Shown piece by piece: positions 28,218 through 40,014 of a stretch of 64,000 nt of DNA. Both the position numbers and the translations under genes were made by a program. Within the stretch, counting starts at the first letter, position 1. Each line of letters starts with the position of its first letter. Origin of the DNA: Eledone cirrhosa (taxonomy: Eukaryota); NCBI GenBank assembly GCA_964016885.1, contig OZ024742.1, forward strand, positions 310,310,001-310,374,000, written 5' to 3'. The notes under the pieces are model-generated. The model was given only the letters and a program-made list of their open reading frames with translations, ran no database searches and had not been told where the DNA came from.

Positions 28218-28684
28218 ATTGTTATACGTTGGGATGGTCATGTTGCCAATAAGAAACACACGCACCAGTTGCTTTCACTTCAATTTATTATAATAAATTT
28301 ATAATAAATTTATAAATTTATAAATTTCTGGTTGGTTGGTTGGTTCCACAACCAGATAGTTGTTTATATATTGTCATAGTTCTTTCGTCACACACTCTGT
28401 GACCTCTTCAGTGACTGGGGATTCCTTTCTTTGTTTCTGTGCCTCTCCTTTGTTCTGTCCTACGCCATTTTGTTTCTGTGTGTGTGTTGTGTGCTCTAGT
28501 CTGCGCATGCCCCACATCGGGGTGTCTGTGTGTGTTTATGTTCATTTATTTATTTGTTTATTTACATGTTACTGGTTGGTTGTTTGTTCTTATTGGAAAC
28601 ATGACCCTCCCAAAGTATAACAATTTCGGTTTCAACACACGATTTCAGATAAAGAATCTTGCTAAACAAATTCAGAAACAAAAT
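28218..28684. mobile_element. Short PLE family 2 head-to-head remnant
   Basis: 28218-28590 is a minus-strand terminal region ending at ATAACAAT; 28587-28684 is a plus-strand terminus with the tail; flanked by (TA)n. Confidence 0.85.
28373..28415 (-). ncRNA. Hammerhead ribozyme, PLE family 2
   Basis: Reverse complement of the 16757 motif. Confidence 0.8.
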
Positions 28685-28760
28685 ATATATATATATATAT
28701 ATATGCATACATGCAGTTTTTGAAACCTGAGGTAGCAACATCTATGTGTTGAAGACAATA

Positions 28761-28818
<58 letters not shown>

Positions 28819-28858
28819 TGTATATATATGAGTGTGTGTGTGCTTGTATATATAAGTG

Positions 28859-29121
28859 TGTATGATATATATGCAGCTTCATATGCAAATGAGATTAATC
28901 ACCTTATTTACACAGACGAGAAAACTATGTTCTCGGCTGTTTTCAAGTCCAGCAGTCGCAAGTGTGGGAGGGATCGTCCTGATGAGAAACAGTTAAGTTC
29001 GAAATGCATCGACAATTGTACCCCTTGCTTCTGCAGGACACCACCAGAGGGTGTTAGCCCCGATGCTTTTTGCATAGTTACGGCTTTCTAAATGTTTATC
29101 TATAAACATACCGCTAAATCG

Positions 29122-29126
<5 letters not shown>
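28859..29126 (+). mobile_element. ~260-bp non-coding HHR element (family A)
   Basis: Homologous to 33620-33890 (-) and 15156-15440 (+); flanked by microsatellites. Confidence 0.8.
28973..29016 (+). ncRNA. Minimal hammerhead ribozyme (family A)
   Basis: ATCGTC-CTGATGA-GAAAC..GTTC-GAAA-TGCA-TC-GACAAT. Confidence 0.78.
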
Positions 29127-29162
<36 letters not shown>

Positions 29163-29168
<6 letters not shown>

Positions 29169-32132
29169 ATGCTTTGGGAGGGTCATGTTGCCAATAAGAA
29201 ACACACGCACCAGAGCTTTCACTTCAATTTATTATAAATTTAGGAATTTATAAATTTCCGGTTGGTTGGTTGGTTCCACAACCAGACGATTGTTCATATA
29301 TTGTCAAAGTTCTTTCGTCACACATTCTGTGACGTCTTCAGTGACTAGGGATTATTTTCTTCTTTTTGTTTTTTGTGCCTCTCCTTTGTTCTGTCCTACG
29401 CCATCTTGTTTTTGTGTGTGTTGTGTGCTTAGTTTGCGCATGTGTTACATCCGGGTGTCTGTGTGTGTTTATATTTGTTTATTTATTTGTTTGTTTGTTT
29501 ATTTACATGTTACTGGTTGGTTGTTTGTTCTCTGTGTGTGTTTTCATTTTGTCCTTAATTGTAAGTTGTGATGTTGCTGTTCCATTCATGTTTTCTATTT
29601 AATTTTGGTTGGAGTTCATTTATGTTTATTGCCTCTGTGATTTGTCTAAACATTGCGTCTTTTCTGTGTGTAGATTCTATTTTTATTTCTATGTTCTCTA
29701 ATTTACCCTTATTTTCTATTTTAGCATGTTGGTGGAGTACAGATGATTCTTTACTATCTTGAAGCTCTCGCAAGTGTTCATTTATCCGTTCCCTATACTA
29801 CGAGCTGTCTCACCTATGTACACTATATTCTTATCTCTACATTGTCCTTCAGTACATCTTATGCTATATACTACATTTCTAGTTTTACAGTTAATATAGG
29901 GGCTTAGTTTACAGATTATACATTTCTTATCTCTACAGGGAGGTCTTTGAAAAGGGTATGTATTGCTAATAAGTGTTTTTATGGAGGTACCTGGTCTTTC
30001 TACTATCTTAATATTGAGTTTATGTATATCTAGGGCCCTTCTAAATTTATAAACTAATTCACCTCTAGGGGCTGTATCGATGAACATTACACTCTGGTAT
30101 TTATTGCTATCATACCATGAGTTTATTCTATTAACCTTATTCCTAGTTATTTCTATTCTATTCTAAAATTTGCTCCTATACAAGGGGAAGGTCCCATTTG
30201 TATCATTATTTACCATTTTTTCCCATTTGGTTCTGGCTCCTCTATATACTCTAATTGTAACCAGAGAACTGCATACGGTGGATGAAGTGTTGTATGTGTC
30301 TCTCTAGTTCTTTGGGGTTGTACATGCGGGACACGCTTCTCATCACCCGTACCAAATCCGCAATCAGTATGTTGATTTTGGTATGGTCCGAAACAGCTAA
30401 GTTTCGGTTGATCAGATATTTGGAAGTCATGGGTTTGGTATAATGGGAATGGAGGATTTGTTTTTTGTTATTAATGGTATCTAACCAGAGCTCTGTGTCT
30501 AGTACAGGTAGTCGATGGTTGGGGTGTTTGCTTGGGTAGTCTATAGTAACTCTAATACTCTGGTGGATGGAGTTAGCTATTTGCTGGATGCATTCCATGG
30601 TGTTTTTCTCTAATTCCTGACTGTTCTCTAGTGGGGGTGGTTTTACTACGGTGTTTATATCATCAACGTAGCGGGAGTACATTATCAGGGTTATGAAATT
30701 GCTGTCTTCTAATTGTTCTTTAAGTTTAAGTTCAAGTCTATTGTCTCACCATACCATGAATAGGTTAGCTATGTCACCTGCAATGCTAACTCCAATGGCT
30801 GCTCCCTCCTCTTGGGCATATGTTTTTCCATTAAATTTGAACATATGTTCCTTAAGGGTTAATTTTATACTGCCCCCCACCGCATGTGCAATCATTTTCT
30901 TTAGTTCATCGTGGTTTTCGGGGGTCCGTATAGCTCCGGTCCACCCGTTCCATCTATCTGTGTGGGTTTTCTTGACCATTGAGGTAATGGTAGGTGGTCT
31001 GCCTCTTGCTGGTCTTGTAGGGCACAGGTTGCTAAGGTCATATGTATCTAGATAATCATTACTATAAGTAAGTTTAAGTAGGAGTCCCAGCTCACTGGTA
31101 TCAATCCCATGGAATTCAACATTGCTCTCACTGATCATTTCTACGCATTTCTCCACAGCAAAATCCACGTCAATAGATGGATATAGGGACACAACATCCA
31201 TATTACCTATTATGCGGTTTGTTAGGTCCCTAGATCGGTTACTTTCGCTGATTCTGCTGAGGAGGTCCTCCGTGCTGTCGTATATATCTGGGGACATTTC
31301 AATGATGGGGCGTATGATCATGGAGAGGAAGTAGGAAAGTCTGTAGTTACTAGCAATGTTAGCTCCACAGACTGGCCGTGTTGCTGGTCCTGTGACAGGG
31401 TCACTGCTCGTTTTATGGTCTTTTCGAAGCCCTTACAACGCTGGCACGTCATTATTCCAGGCCTGGAAGTTGTTGGCAGTCCTTTTGTTGGGCTGCATTA
31501 TATTTGTCCCCATCATCATATGGGCATTGAGGGTTTTTTCCCTATCCTCATGCTCTTGTGGTGTTACTTCTCTTGTGTTAGTGATGTGGGTTTGCATTGC
31601 CTGGATGTAGTTTGACAGACTGGCAACCGACATTCTGCCAGACTTGTCTGTTGGAAAGCATGCAATGTCTCCATTACGCGAGAGCTGCATGAGCTTACGC
31701 AAGCCATTTGCAGATTTTTCTCCCAGTTGCTGGGCCTCCATTCTATTTTGCATCTTGCTATACTGTTCTATAATATTTCTAAGTTTAGATCTGGCTATAC
31801 TAAATCGTGCTTCTGTTTGTTTATCGACCAGCGATGGCAATTGCGTGCGTTTGTTAAAAGCTAAAGTCGTGGCGTGGACTCGACGTAGGTCGAAGGACAT
31901 ATCGGAAGGATTATAAAAAGTAGAGTTCCAGGCTGCTGCTTTATGTGTACTATTGCTATTGTTATTGTTAGTTGTGTTGTTTCTATTTCTATTTCTATTT
32001 CCACCAACAGCCTCATGGTGAAAGCAACTGGTGCGTGTGTTTCTTATTGGAAACATGACCCTTCCAAAGCATAACAATATAGGTTTCAATACACGTTTTC
32101 AGATAAAGAATCTTGCTAAACAAATTCAGAAA

Positions 32133-32135
<3 letters not shown>
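29163..32135 (-). mobile_element. Degenerate PLE family 2 (Naiad-like) with a short inverted 3'-end copy at ~32016-32135
   Basis: Minus-strand ORF fragments 31433-32089, 30746-31321, 30251-30682, 29782-30087 and 29555-29773 are collinear with the family 1 protein (PTDKSG, YVDD, YIGET, LNRKHEW) but broken by stops and frameshifts; flanked by (TA)n. Confidence 0.92.
29303..29345 (-). ncRNA. Hammerhead ribozyme, PLE family 2 (variant)
   Basis: GTCA-CTGAAGA-C-GTCAC..GTGAC-GAAA-GAAC-TT-TGAC. Confidence 0.75.
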
Positions 32136-32192
<57 letters not shown>

Positions 32193-32485
32193 TATAAAGT
32201 ATGTCCAATGAATCATTTGATAAGATATATACATCATTTCCTCTCCCAAATAGCATAATTAACCACACAAAAAATCAATTAGACCAGGCTATAACATTAA
32301 AAGGCACATATGGAGAAATAGTAGTTAAATAAACGACACCAATCTATTCGCGACCAACCGCTATAGAATATTTACCCAACATTTCAATAGCACGTGGAAA
32401 TCGATTAAATATACCGTCAACCATACACAATTATGTATAAAATTAAAGTTAGAAGAAAAAATGCATATACACATACCAGGATTAC

Positions 32486-32565
32486 GTTTCTACCCTAGGG
32501 TTTCGTTCGCTTTCGTAAATATCCTATTAAGGATAAAATCTCGAGCTTCGAACTCATCAGGAAAC
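32486..32565 (-). ncRNA. Type-I hammerhead ribozyme with extended stem II
   Basis: GTTTC-CTGATGA-GTTCG..TATCCT-TAAT-AGGATA..CGAAC-GAAA-CCCTAGGG-TA-GAAAC; perfect stem I, canonical core. Confidence 0.88.
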
Positions 32566-33165
32566 AAACTCATTTGGACAAAGAATTTTCTAAAGTGATC
32601 CCCGCTAGAAACGAATTCAAAATGGCTAAGAACTGTGACATGGCAGTGGTCAAGTCAGAAATAATGTGATTGGCTGCTTACGGCGAGTGGGCTGGTTGCT
32701 AGAAAGCGTAGCCCAATATTGCCCAAATTTGATCTCAACCTTATGGGAGATTATTAAATATAAAGATTTACATATACACAAACTAGACAAAGTCACAGAT
32801 ATATATGTTTTGGCAACCATTCACGATGTGGCTCAATGATGAATTAATAGATTAAATAATCAGAGCAATATACTATAAAGAATGTCCATAGAATCATTTG
32901 ATAATACATATACACCATTTCCTTTCCCAATTAGCATAATTAACCACACAAAAAATTAATTAGACCAGGCTATAACATTAAAAGGCACATGTGAAGAAAT
33001 AGTAGATAAATAAACGACAGCAATCTATTCGTGACCAACTGCTATAGAATATTTACCCAACATTTCAACAGCACGTGGAAATCTTGTAAATATACCGTCA
33101 ACCATACACAATTATGTTTAATATTAAAGTTAGAAGAAAAAATGCATATAACATACCATGATTAC

Positions 33166-33245
33166 GTTTCTACCCTAGGGTTTCGTTCGCTTTCGGAAAT
33201 ATCCTATTAATGATAAAATCTCGAGTTTTGAACTCATCAGGAAAC
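33166..33245 (-). ncRNA. Type-I hammerhead ribozyme with extended stem II
   Basis: Second copy; the core, stem I, stem III and the base of stem II are conserved. Confidence 0.85.
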
Positions 33246-33559
33246 AAACTCATTTGGACAAAGAATTTTCTAAAGTGATCCCCGCCAGAAACGAATTCAA
33301 AATGGCCAAGAACTGTGACGTAGCAGTGGTCAAGTCAGAAAGAATGTTGTTAGAAAGCGCAGCCCAATATTGCCCAAATTGCATCTCACCCTTATGGGAG
33401 ATTATTAAATATAAAGATTTACATATACACAAACTAGATAAATATGTTTTTTTGCAACCATCCACGATGTGGCTCAATGATGAATTAATAAATTTAATAA
33501 TCAGAGCAATATACTATAAAGTATGTCCATATAATCATTTGATAATATATATATACACA

Positions 33560-33614
<55 letters not shown>

Positions 33615-33619
33615 GATAT

Positions 33620-33890
33620 AATTAGGATTTAACAGTATGTTTATAGATAAATATTTAGAAAGCCGGAGCTATGCAAAAAGCACCGGGGCTAACGCCCTCT
33701 GATGGTGTCCTGCGGAAGCAAGGGGTACAATCGTCGATGCATTTCGAACTTAACTGTTTCTCATCAGGACGATCCCTCCCACACTTGCGACTGCTGGACT
33801 TGAAAACAGCCGAGAACATAGTTTTCTCGTCTGTGTAAATAAGGTGATTAATCTCATTTGCATATGAAGCTGCATATATATCATACACAT
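33620..33890 (-). mobile_element. ~260-bp non-coding HHR element (family A)
   Basis: Close reverse-complement match to 28859-29126. Confidence 0.8.
33730..33773 (-). ncRNA. Minimal hammerhead ribozyme (family A)
   Basis: ATCGTC-CTGATGA..GAAA-TGCA-TC-GACGAT; perfect 6-bp stem I, palindromic stem III ATGCAT. Confidence 0.82.
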
Positions 33891-33898
33891 ATATATAT

Positions 33899-33944
<46 letters not shown>

Positions 33945-34379
33945 ATATATAAATGTATATATATGCACATATATGTCTAAGTGTGTTCGCATAGTTCAGC
34001 TAAATGGCATCATGAAACACTTGACAAATAAAACCAAGTGAACCACACAAGACAATGAGGAAGTTGTCTAGTCGATCGGATTGCTAAAACTAGCAGCCAA
34101 ATCTAACTTTATATCACACTTTTTACCGTTTTAAAACAAGACAATGCTGCCTTATGTGGTTCAATTTACACTATATCTCATATAAAGGCGAGATAATCAC
34201 AACTGGAATATTAATGATTATTAATTTAAGTATTATAGCATGTAACACAAACACCATCAACAGATAAGTCTCAAAGTGACCATTTGATATGTTTTAGCAA
34301 TCGAATGGCACTGTGGAACTTGAAGCATAAATGGGCATAAACAAATACCGATTGGTTATTAGACAGAGTGAGAGAAAGA

Positions 34380-34482
<103 letters not shown>

Positions 34483-34592
34483 GAGCGGAGAGGGAGAGAG
34501 CGAGAGCAAGAGAGAATGTGTGTGTTGTTACTATTTTTTTGTGTGAATCACTGTATATATAGGTCGGAAGGACTATACATTGTTCGTGAAGG

Positions 34593-34639
<47 letters not shown>

Positions 34640-34852
34640 ATATTTGGGGAGGGTCATATTTGCGTAATATTGCCAGAATTAATAACAGAACACACTCACT
34701 GTTTGGTTGGTTTTCGCTTCTCGCTGTCTTTTATATATATATATCTGCGATCTAACTTACTCGGTCCTCAATGTTGCCATTGACTGACCGGCGGTCAAAA
34801 ATAATACAGATACAATATAGACACAAACACATATATATAGTTTACATAATTT

Positions 34853-34893
34853 ACATAAATCTTTCGTTGCACATCTGCAACATCGTCAGTGGT
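34853..34893 (-). ncRNA. Hammerhead ribozyme (inverted copy of 39974-40014)
   Basis: Exact reverse complement of the 39974 motif. Confidence 0.7.
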
Positions 34894-35156
34894 GTTATAT
34901 TCATTGTTCCTCCTGTTGTGTTGTATGTCTACGCCATTTTTTTTTGTTCAGTCTGTCTATATATTTATTTATTTATTTGCTTGTTTGTTTATCTTATTTT
35001 ATTTTGTCTTCTTTGCGCATGCGTTTGCGTGTGTGTATAGTGTGATGTGTGACTAGTGTGTATAGTGTTGTGTCTGCTGGGTGACTAGTGTGTGTTTATG
35101 TGCTTGTGTATGTATTTATTTATCTTATTTTATTTTATTTTATTTACTTATTTATA

Positions 35157-36707
35157 CTTCTCTTAGGTCAGTGTTGTTTGTTTGGGTGTTGTTGTTGTTC
35201 CACTCATTCTTTCTGTTTAGCTTTGGTCTTCTAATTTCTATTTCACTGGCCTCTCTGATTTGCCTATCTGCTGGGTCATTCCTATGTTTAGATATTATTC
35301 TAATTTCTATGTTGTCTATGTTACCGTCATGTTGTTATCTAGCATGTTCGTATAGTACTGACCCGTTTTTTCGTCCTTTTAGTTCCCCCCAGTGTTGGTC
35401 TATCCTTTCACCTATGCTACGAGCTGTCTCACCTATGTATGTTGTTGTCATGTTTCTGCAAGTACCCTCTGTACATCTTATGCTATAGACTACGTTTCTA
35501 GTTTTACAGTTTATCCGGGGGTTCACCTTACAAATGATACATTTCCTATTGGTACAGTGGGTTTTCTTAAAAGGGTAGGTTTTGCTGATCAGGGATTTTA
35601 TGGTGGTTCCTGGCTTTTCTACCACCTTTATTTTTAAGTGGGTCTTTCTCAGGGCCTTTCTACACTGGTTAGCTAATTTCCCTCCAGGGGTGGCGTCCAC
35701 AAATATGACACTCTGATATCTCTGGTTGTCGTACCATGATGTGGCCTTCCCTATCTTATGTCTAGCCCTATCTAAGCTATTCCATGATTTGCTCCTGTAT
35801 AGTGGGCAAATTCCTTTCATGTCCAGTTCTATGAGGGTCTTATACTTTTCCATGGCTCCTTCGTATACTCTGACTCTGTCTCTTTGGTTGTAGCCAGAGA
35901 ACTGCACGCGGTTGATGAAGTGTTGGATGTGTCCTTCCATTTCTGTTGGGTCGCACATGCTGGACACATTCTTCATCACTCGTACCAAATCTGCGATCAG
36001 AATATTAAACTTAGCACTACTGGACATTGCTGAGTTTTTGAGTATCAGGTATTTGGAGGCCATGGGTTTAGCATAGTGTGAGTGGAGAATTTGGGCTCTC
36101 TCGTCTATAGTGTTAATCCAGAGTTCTGTGTCTAATACAGGTAGTCTATTGTTAGGGTGTTTGGAAGGGAAGTCTATAGTTACAGTTATACTCTGGTGTA
36201 TGGAATTAGCTATCTGCTGGATGCTTTCCATCGTGCTACGTTCTAAATCAAACTTGTTAGTGCTCTCTAGTGGGGGTGTTCTTATAACTATATTGATATC
36301 GTCTACATAACGAGAGTACATGATGAGGTCTATGGAGCTTTCATTAAGGAGATCTTTAAGTCTCCTTTCCCACCATACCATGAAAAGGTTGGCAACATCA
36401 CCAGCTATGCTGACGCCGATGGCTGCTCCCTCATTTTGGGTGTAGATTTTCTCATTGAACTTAAATATGTGTCCCTTTAGGGTAGTTTTGATACTAGCCC
36501 CTATTGCATGTGCGACCATTTTTCTTACCTGATCAGTGTTTTGGGGGGTCCGTATAGCTTTGGTCCACCCAATCCACCTTCCTATGGGAGTCTTTTTAGC
36601 CATTGAGGTTATGGTGGGGGGTCTACCTCTTATAGGTCTACTAGGGCAGAAACATCTAAGGTCATGGCTGTCTAGGTAGTCAGTGTCGTAGGTAAGTCTA
36701 AGTAGGA
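35157..36707 (-). pseudogene. Inverted partial copy of the PLE family 1 ORF (3' half of RT + GIY-YIG) with a premature stop
   Basis: ORF 35335-36720 is nearly identical to the C-terminal half of the 36769 ORF; a CAA>TAA change follows YEHAR. Confidence 0.9.
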
Positions 36708-39700
36708 ACAAGAACAACAAATCCTAAAGTTACCACCAAAATTTGCCATCTACAAAAAGATTAACCCTATGGAATGCAAAACGGAGCTGGAAAAGTGTTT
36801 CACAAAAATACGTTGGAATGCAAAGGTAAACAACAACAACAATAATAACGGTAGTAGTAATATAAACAATAACTCTGGGTATAGAAATAACAGCCATAAC
36901 CATAACAATGGCAGGAAAGTGAGAAATAGTGATAATGGCAATAATACTAGCGATAGACAGAACAACAACAACCACAATAATAATAATAATAGAAACGTTA
37001 ACCACAGACACAGCAACAGTGACCACAGTAGTAATAACGGTAACAATACGAACAACAACAATAAGCACAGTGGTAATAATGGAAATAGTACATGTAGCAA
37101 CATCAACAAAAACAAGAAACATAATAATAGTAACAACCACAATGGTAGAAATAGCAGTAACAACAACAACAATAACGGTGAAGTAAACAACAATACATCT
37201 AGCAATCATAACAATAATAATATTAATGCTAATGATAGAAACAACAACAACCACCATGATAACAATAATAGCAACACACACAACTATGACGATAGAAATA
37301 ACGACAACCCCTTAGAGAAACTATTTTTCAACCCAGCTGACAAAACATATAAGATGGGTAATATCTATCCTACGAGGTTACCCTTTAATAAAAGAGTTTG
37401 CATACCACAGCAAATAGATGACGAGACGGAGGCACAGTTCACCATAGCTAGAAATAAGATTAGACAAGTAGTAGACAGGTACACTATGAGACAGAGCAGA
37501 CCAGAGGCCCAACAACTTGGGATAAAACCTGTAGAAGGCTTGGTTAGCCTCAAGCAGCGCACAAGGGATGGTGAGGTAGTGTGTCTACCCACAGATAAGT
37601 CTGGTAGGATGTCAATAGATAGCATGCCGAACTACATCGAGGCAATGCAACCCCACATCACCAACACGAGCGAAGTTGCACAACTAACACACGATGGGAG
37701 AGAAAAAATCCTCAACGCTCACATGATGATGTGGACTGACATCCTAAAGCCAAGCAGACGCACTGCCAACAACTTCCAGGCGTCTAACAATGGCATACCA
37801 CCCTTGTATGGGCTCCGCAAGGACCACAAGACAGTCGACGACCCGACAGCAGGACCACCAACAAGACCCGTATGCGGAGCTAATATAGCTAGCAACTACA
37901 GGATCTCCTACTTCCTCTCAATGGTTATACGCCCCATAATCAAGATGTCCCCAGATGTATGTGAAAGTACAGAGGACCTCCTCAGCAGAATCAGTGAGTG
38001 CAACAAAAACAGGAGCCTATCCAACTGCATAATAGGCAGCATGGATGTGGTGTCACTGTACCCATCCATTAACATTGATTTTGCTGTGAAAAGATGTGTG
38101 GAGATGATCATTGAGAGTGAGGTGGAGTTCTGCGACGTCGACACAGACGAACTGGGCCTCCTACTTAGACTTACCTACGACACTGACTACCTAGACAGCC
38201 ATGACCTTAGATGTTTCTGCCCTAGTAGACCTATAAGAGGTAGACCCCCCACCATAACCTCAATGGCTAAAAAGACTCCCATAGGAAGGTGGATTGGGTG
38301 GACCAAAGCTATACGGACCCCCCAAAACACTGATCAGGTAAGAAAAATGGTCGCACATGCAATAGGGGCTAGTATCAAAACTACCCTAAAGGGACACATA
38401 TTTAAGTTCAATGAGAAAATCTACACCCAAAATGAGGGAGCAGCCATCGGCGTCAGCATAGCTGGTGATGTTGCCAACCTTTTCATGGTATGGTGGGAAA
38501 GGAGACTTAAAGATCTCCTTAATGAAAGCTCCATAGACCTCATCATGTACTCTCGTTATGTAGACGATATCAATATAGTTATAAGAACACCCCCACTAGA
38601 GAGCACTAACAAGTTTGATTTAGAACGTAGCACGATGGAAAGCATCCAGCAGATAGCTAATTCCATACACCAGAGTATAACTGTAACTATAGACTTCCCT
38701 TCCAAACACCCTAACAATAGACTACCTGTATTAGACACAGAACTCTGGATTAACACTATAGACGAGAGAGCCCAAATTCTCCACTCACACTATGCTAAAC
38801 CCATGGCCTCCAAATACCTGATACTCAAAAACTCAGCAATGTCCAGTAGTGCTAAGTTTAATATTCTGATCGCAGATTTGGTACGAGTGATGAAGAATGT
38901 GTCCAGCATGTGCGACCCAACAGAAATGGAAGGACACATCCAACACTTCATCAACCGCATGCAGTTCTCTGGCTACAACCAAAGAGACAGAGTCAGAGTA
39001 TACGAAGGAGCCATGGAAAAGTATAAGACCCTCATAGAACTGGACATGAAAGGAATTTGCCCACTATACAGGAGCAAATCATGGAATAGCTTAGATAGGG
39101 CTAGACATAAGATAGGGAAGGCCACATCATGGTACGACAACCAGAGATATCAGAGTGTCATGTTTGTGGACGCCACCCCTGGAGGGAAATTAGCTAACCA
39201 GTGTAGAAAGGCCCTGAGAAAGACCCACTTAAAAATAAAGGTGGTAGAAAAGCCAGGAACCACCATAAAATCCCTGATCAGCAAAACCTACCCTTTTAAG
39301 AAAACCCACTGTACCAATAGGAAATGTATCATTTGTAAGGTGAACCCCCGGATAAACTGTAAAACTAGAAACGTAGTCTATAGCATAAGATGTACAGAGG
39401 GTACTTGCAGAAACATGACAACAACATACATAGGTGAGACAGCTCGTAGCATAGGTGAAAGGATAGACCAACACTGGGGGGAACTAAAAGGACGAAAAAA
39501 CGGGTCAGTACTATACGAACATGCTAGACAACAACATGACGGTAACATAGACAACATAGAAATTAGAATAATATCTAAACATAGGAATGACCCAGCAGAT
39601 AGGCAAATCAGAGAGGCCAGTGAAATAGAAATTAGAAGACCAAAGCTAAACAGAAAGAATGAGTGGAACAACAACAACACCCAAACAAACAACACTGACC

Positions 39701-39714
39701 TAAGAGAAGTATAA
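36706..39714 (+). CDS. Penelope-like retroelement (Naiad-like, family 1) polyprotein: Asn-rich insert, RT, Zn-linker, GIY-YIG endonuclease; 5'-truncated
   Basis: 981-aa ORF from 36769; the frame is open back to the inversion junction at 36706 (EQEQQILKLPPKF, resembling the PLE LxLGPKF motif). Motifs: PTDKSG, GLRKDHK, RPVCGA, SMDVVSLYPSI, GAAIG, RYVDD, CxxxxCxxC, VVYSIRC...YIGET, terminal LNRKNEW. Confidence 0.93.
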   Translation, partial: EQEQQILKLPPKFAIYKKINPMECKTELEKCFTKIRWNAKVNNNNNNNGSSNINNNSGYRNNSHNHNNGRKVRNSDNGNNTSDRQNNNNHNNNNNRNVNHRHSNSDHSSNNGNNTNNNNKHSGNNGNSTCSNINKNKKHNNSNNHNGRNSSNNNNNNGEVNNNTSSNHNNNNINANDRNNNNHHDNNNSNTHNYDDRNNDNPLEKLFFNPADKTYKMGNIYPTRLPFNKRVCIPQQIDDETEAQFTIARNKIRQVVDRYTMRQSRPEAQQLGIKPVEGLVSLKQRTRDGEVVCLPTDKSGRMSIDSMPNYIEAMQPHITNTSEVAQLTHDGREKILNAHMMMWTDILKPSRRTANNFQASNNGIPPLYGLRKDHKTVDDPTAGPPTRPVCGANIASNYRISYFLSMVIRPIIKMSPDVCESTEDLLSRISECNKNRSLSNCIIGSMDVVSLYPSINIDFAVKRCVEMIIESEVEFCDVDTDELGLLLRLTYDTDYLDSHDLRCFCPSRPIRGRPPTITSMAKKTPIGRWIGWTKAIRTPQNTDQVRKMVAHAIGASIKTTLKGHIFKFNEKIYTQNEGAAIGVSIAGDVANLFMVWWERRLKDLLNESSIDLIMYSRYVDDINIVIRTPPLESTNKFDLERSTMESIQQIANSIHQSITVTIDFPSKHPNNRLPVLDTELWINTIDERAQILHSHYAKPMASKYLILKNSAMSSSAKFNILIADLVRVMKNVSSMCDPTEMEGHIQHFINRMQFSGYNQRDRVRVYEGAMEKYKTLIELDMKGICPLYRSKSWNSLDRARHKIGKATSWYDNQRYQSVMFVDATPGGKLANQCRKALRKTHLKIKVVEKPGTTIKSLISKTYPFKKTHCTNRKCIICKVNPRINCKTRNVVYSIRCTEGTCRNMTTTYIGETARSIGERIDQHWGELKGRKNGSVLYEHARQQHDGNIDNIEIRIISKHRNDPADRQIREASEIEIRRPKLNRKNEWNNNNTQTNNTDLREV

Positions 39715-39973
39715 ATAAGTAAATAAAATAAAATAAAATAAGATAAATAAATACATACACAAGCACATAAACACACACTAGTCACCCAGCAGACACAACA
39801 CTATACACACTAGTCACACATCACACTATACACACACGCAAACGCATGCGCAAAGAAGACAAAATAAAATAAGATAAACAAACAAGCAAATAAATAAATA
39901 AATATATAGACAGACTGAACAAAAAAAAAATGGCGTAGACATACAACACAACAGGAGGAACAATGAATATAAC

Positions 39974-40014
39974 ACCACTGACGATGTTGCAGATGTGCAA
40001 CGAAAGATTTATGT
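39974..40014 (+). ncRNA. Minimal type-I hammerhead ribozyme in the PLE family 1 3' region
   Basis: CTGACGA-T-GTTGCA..TGCAAC-GAAA-GATT-TA; stem I is short (CA/TG). Confidence 0.7.

Larger units (their letters stand above)
32190..33547 (-). repeat. ~640-680 bp tandem repeat (2 copies + ~35 bp), one HHR per unit; retrozyme-like
   Basis: Units start at 32190, 32871 and ~33511 (TACTATAAAG); moderately diverged; flanked by (TA)n. Confidence 0.88.

Noticed and set aside
36706-39714. Selenocysteine recoding as reported for some Naiad PLEs
   Set aside because: No in-frame TGA in the ORF and no recognisable SECIS.
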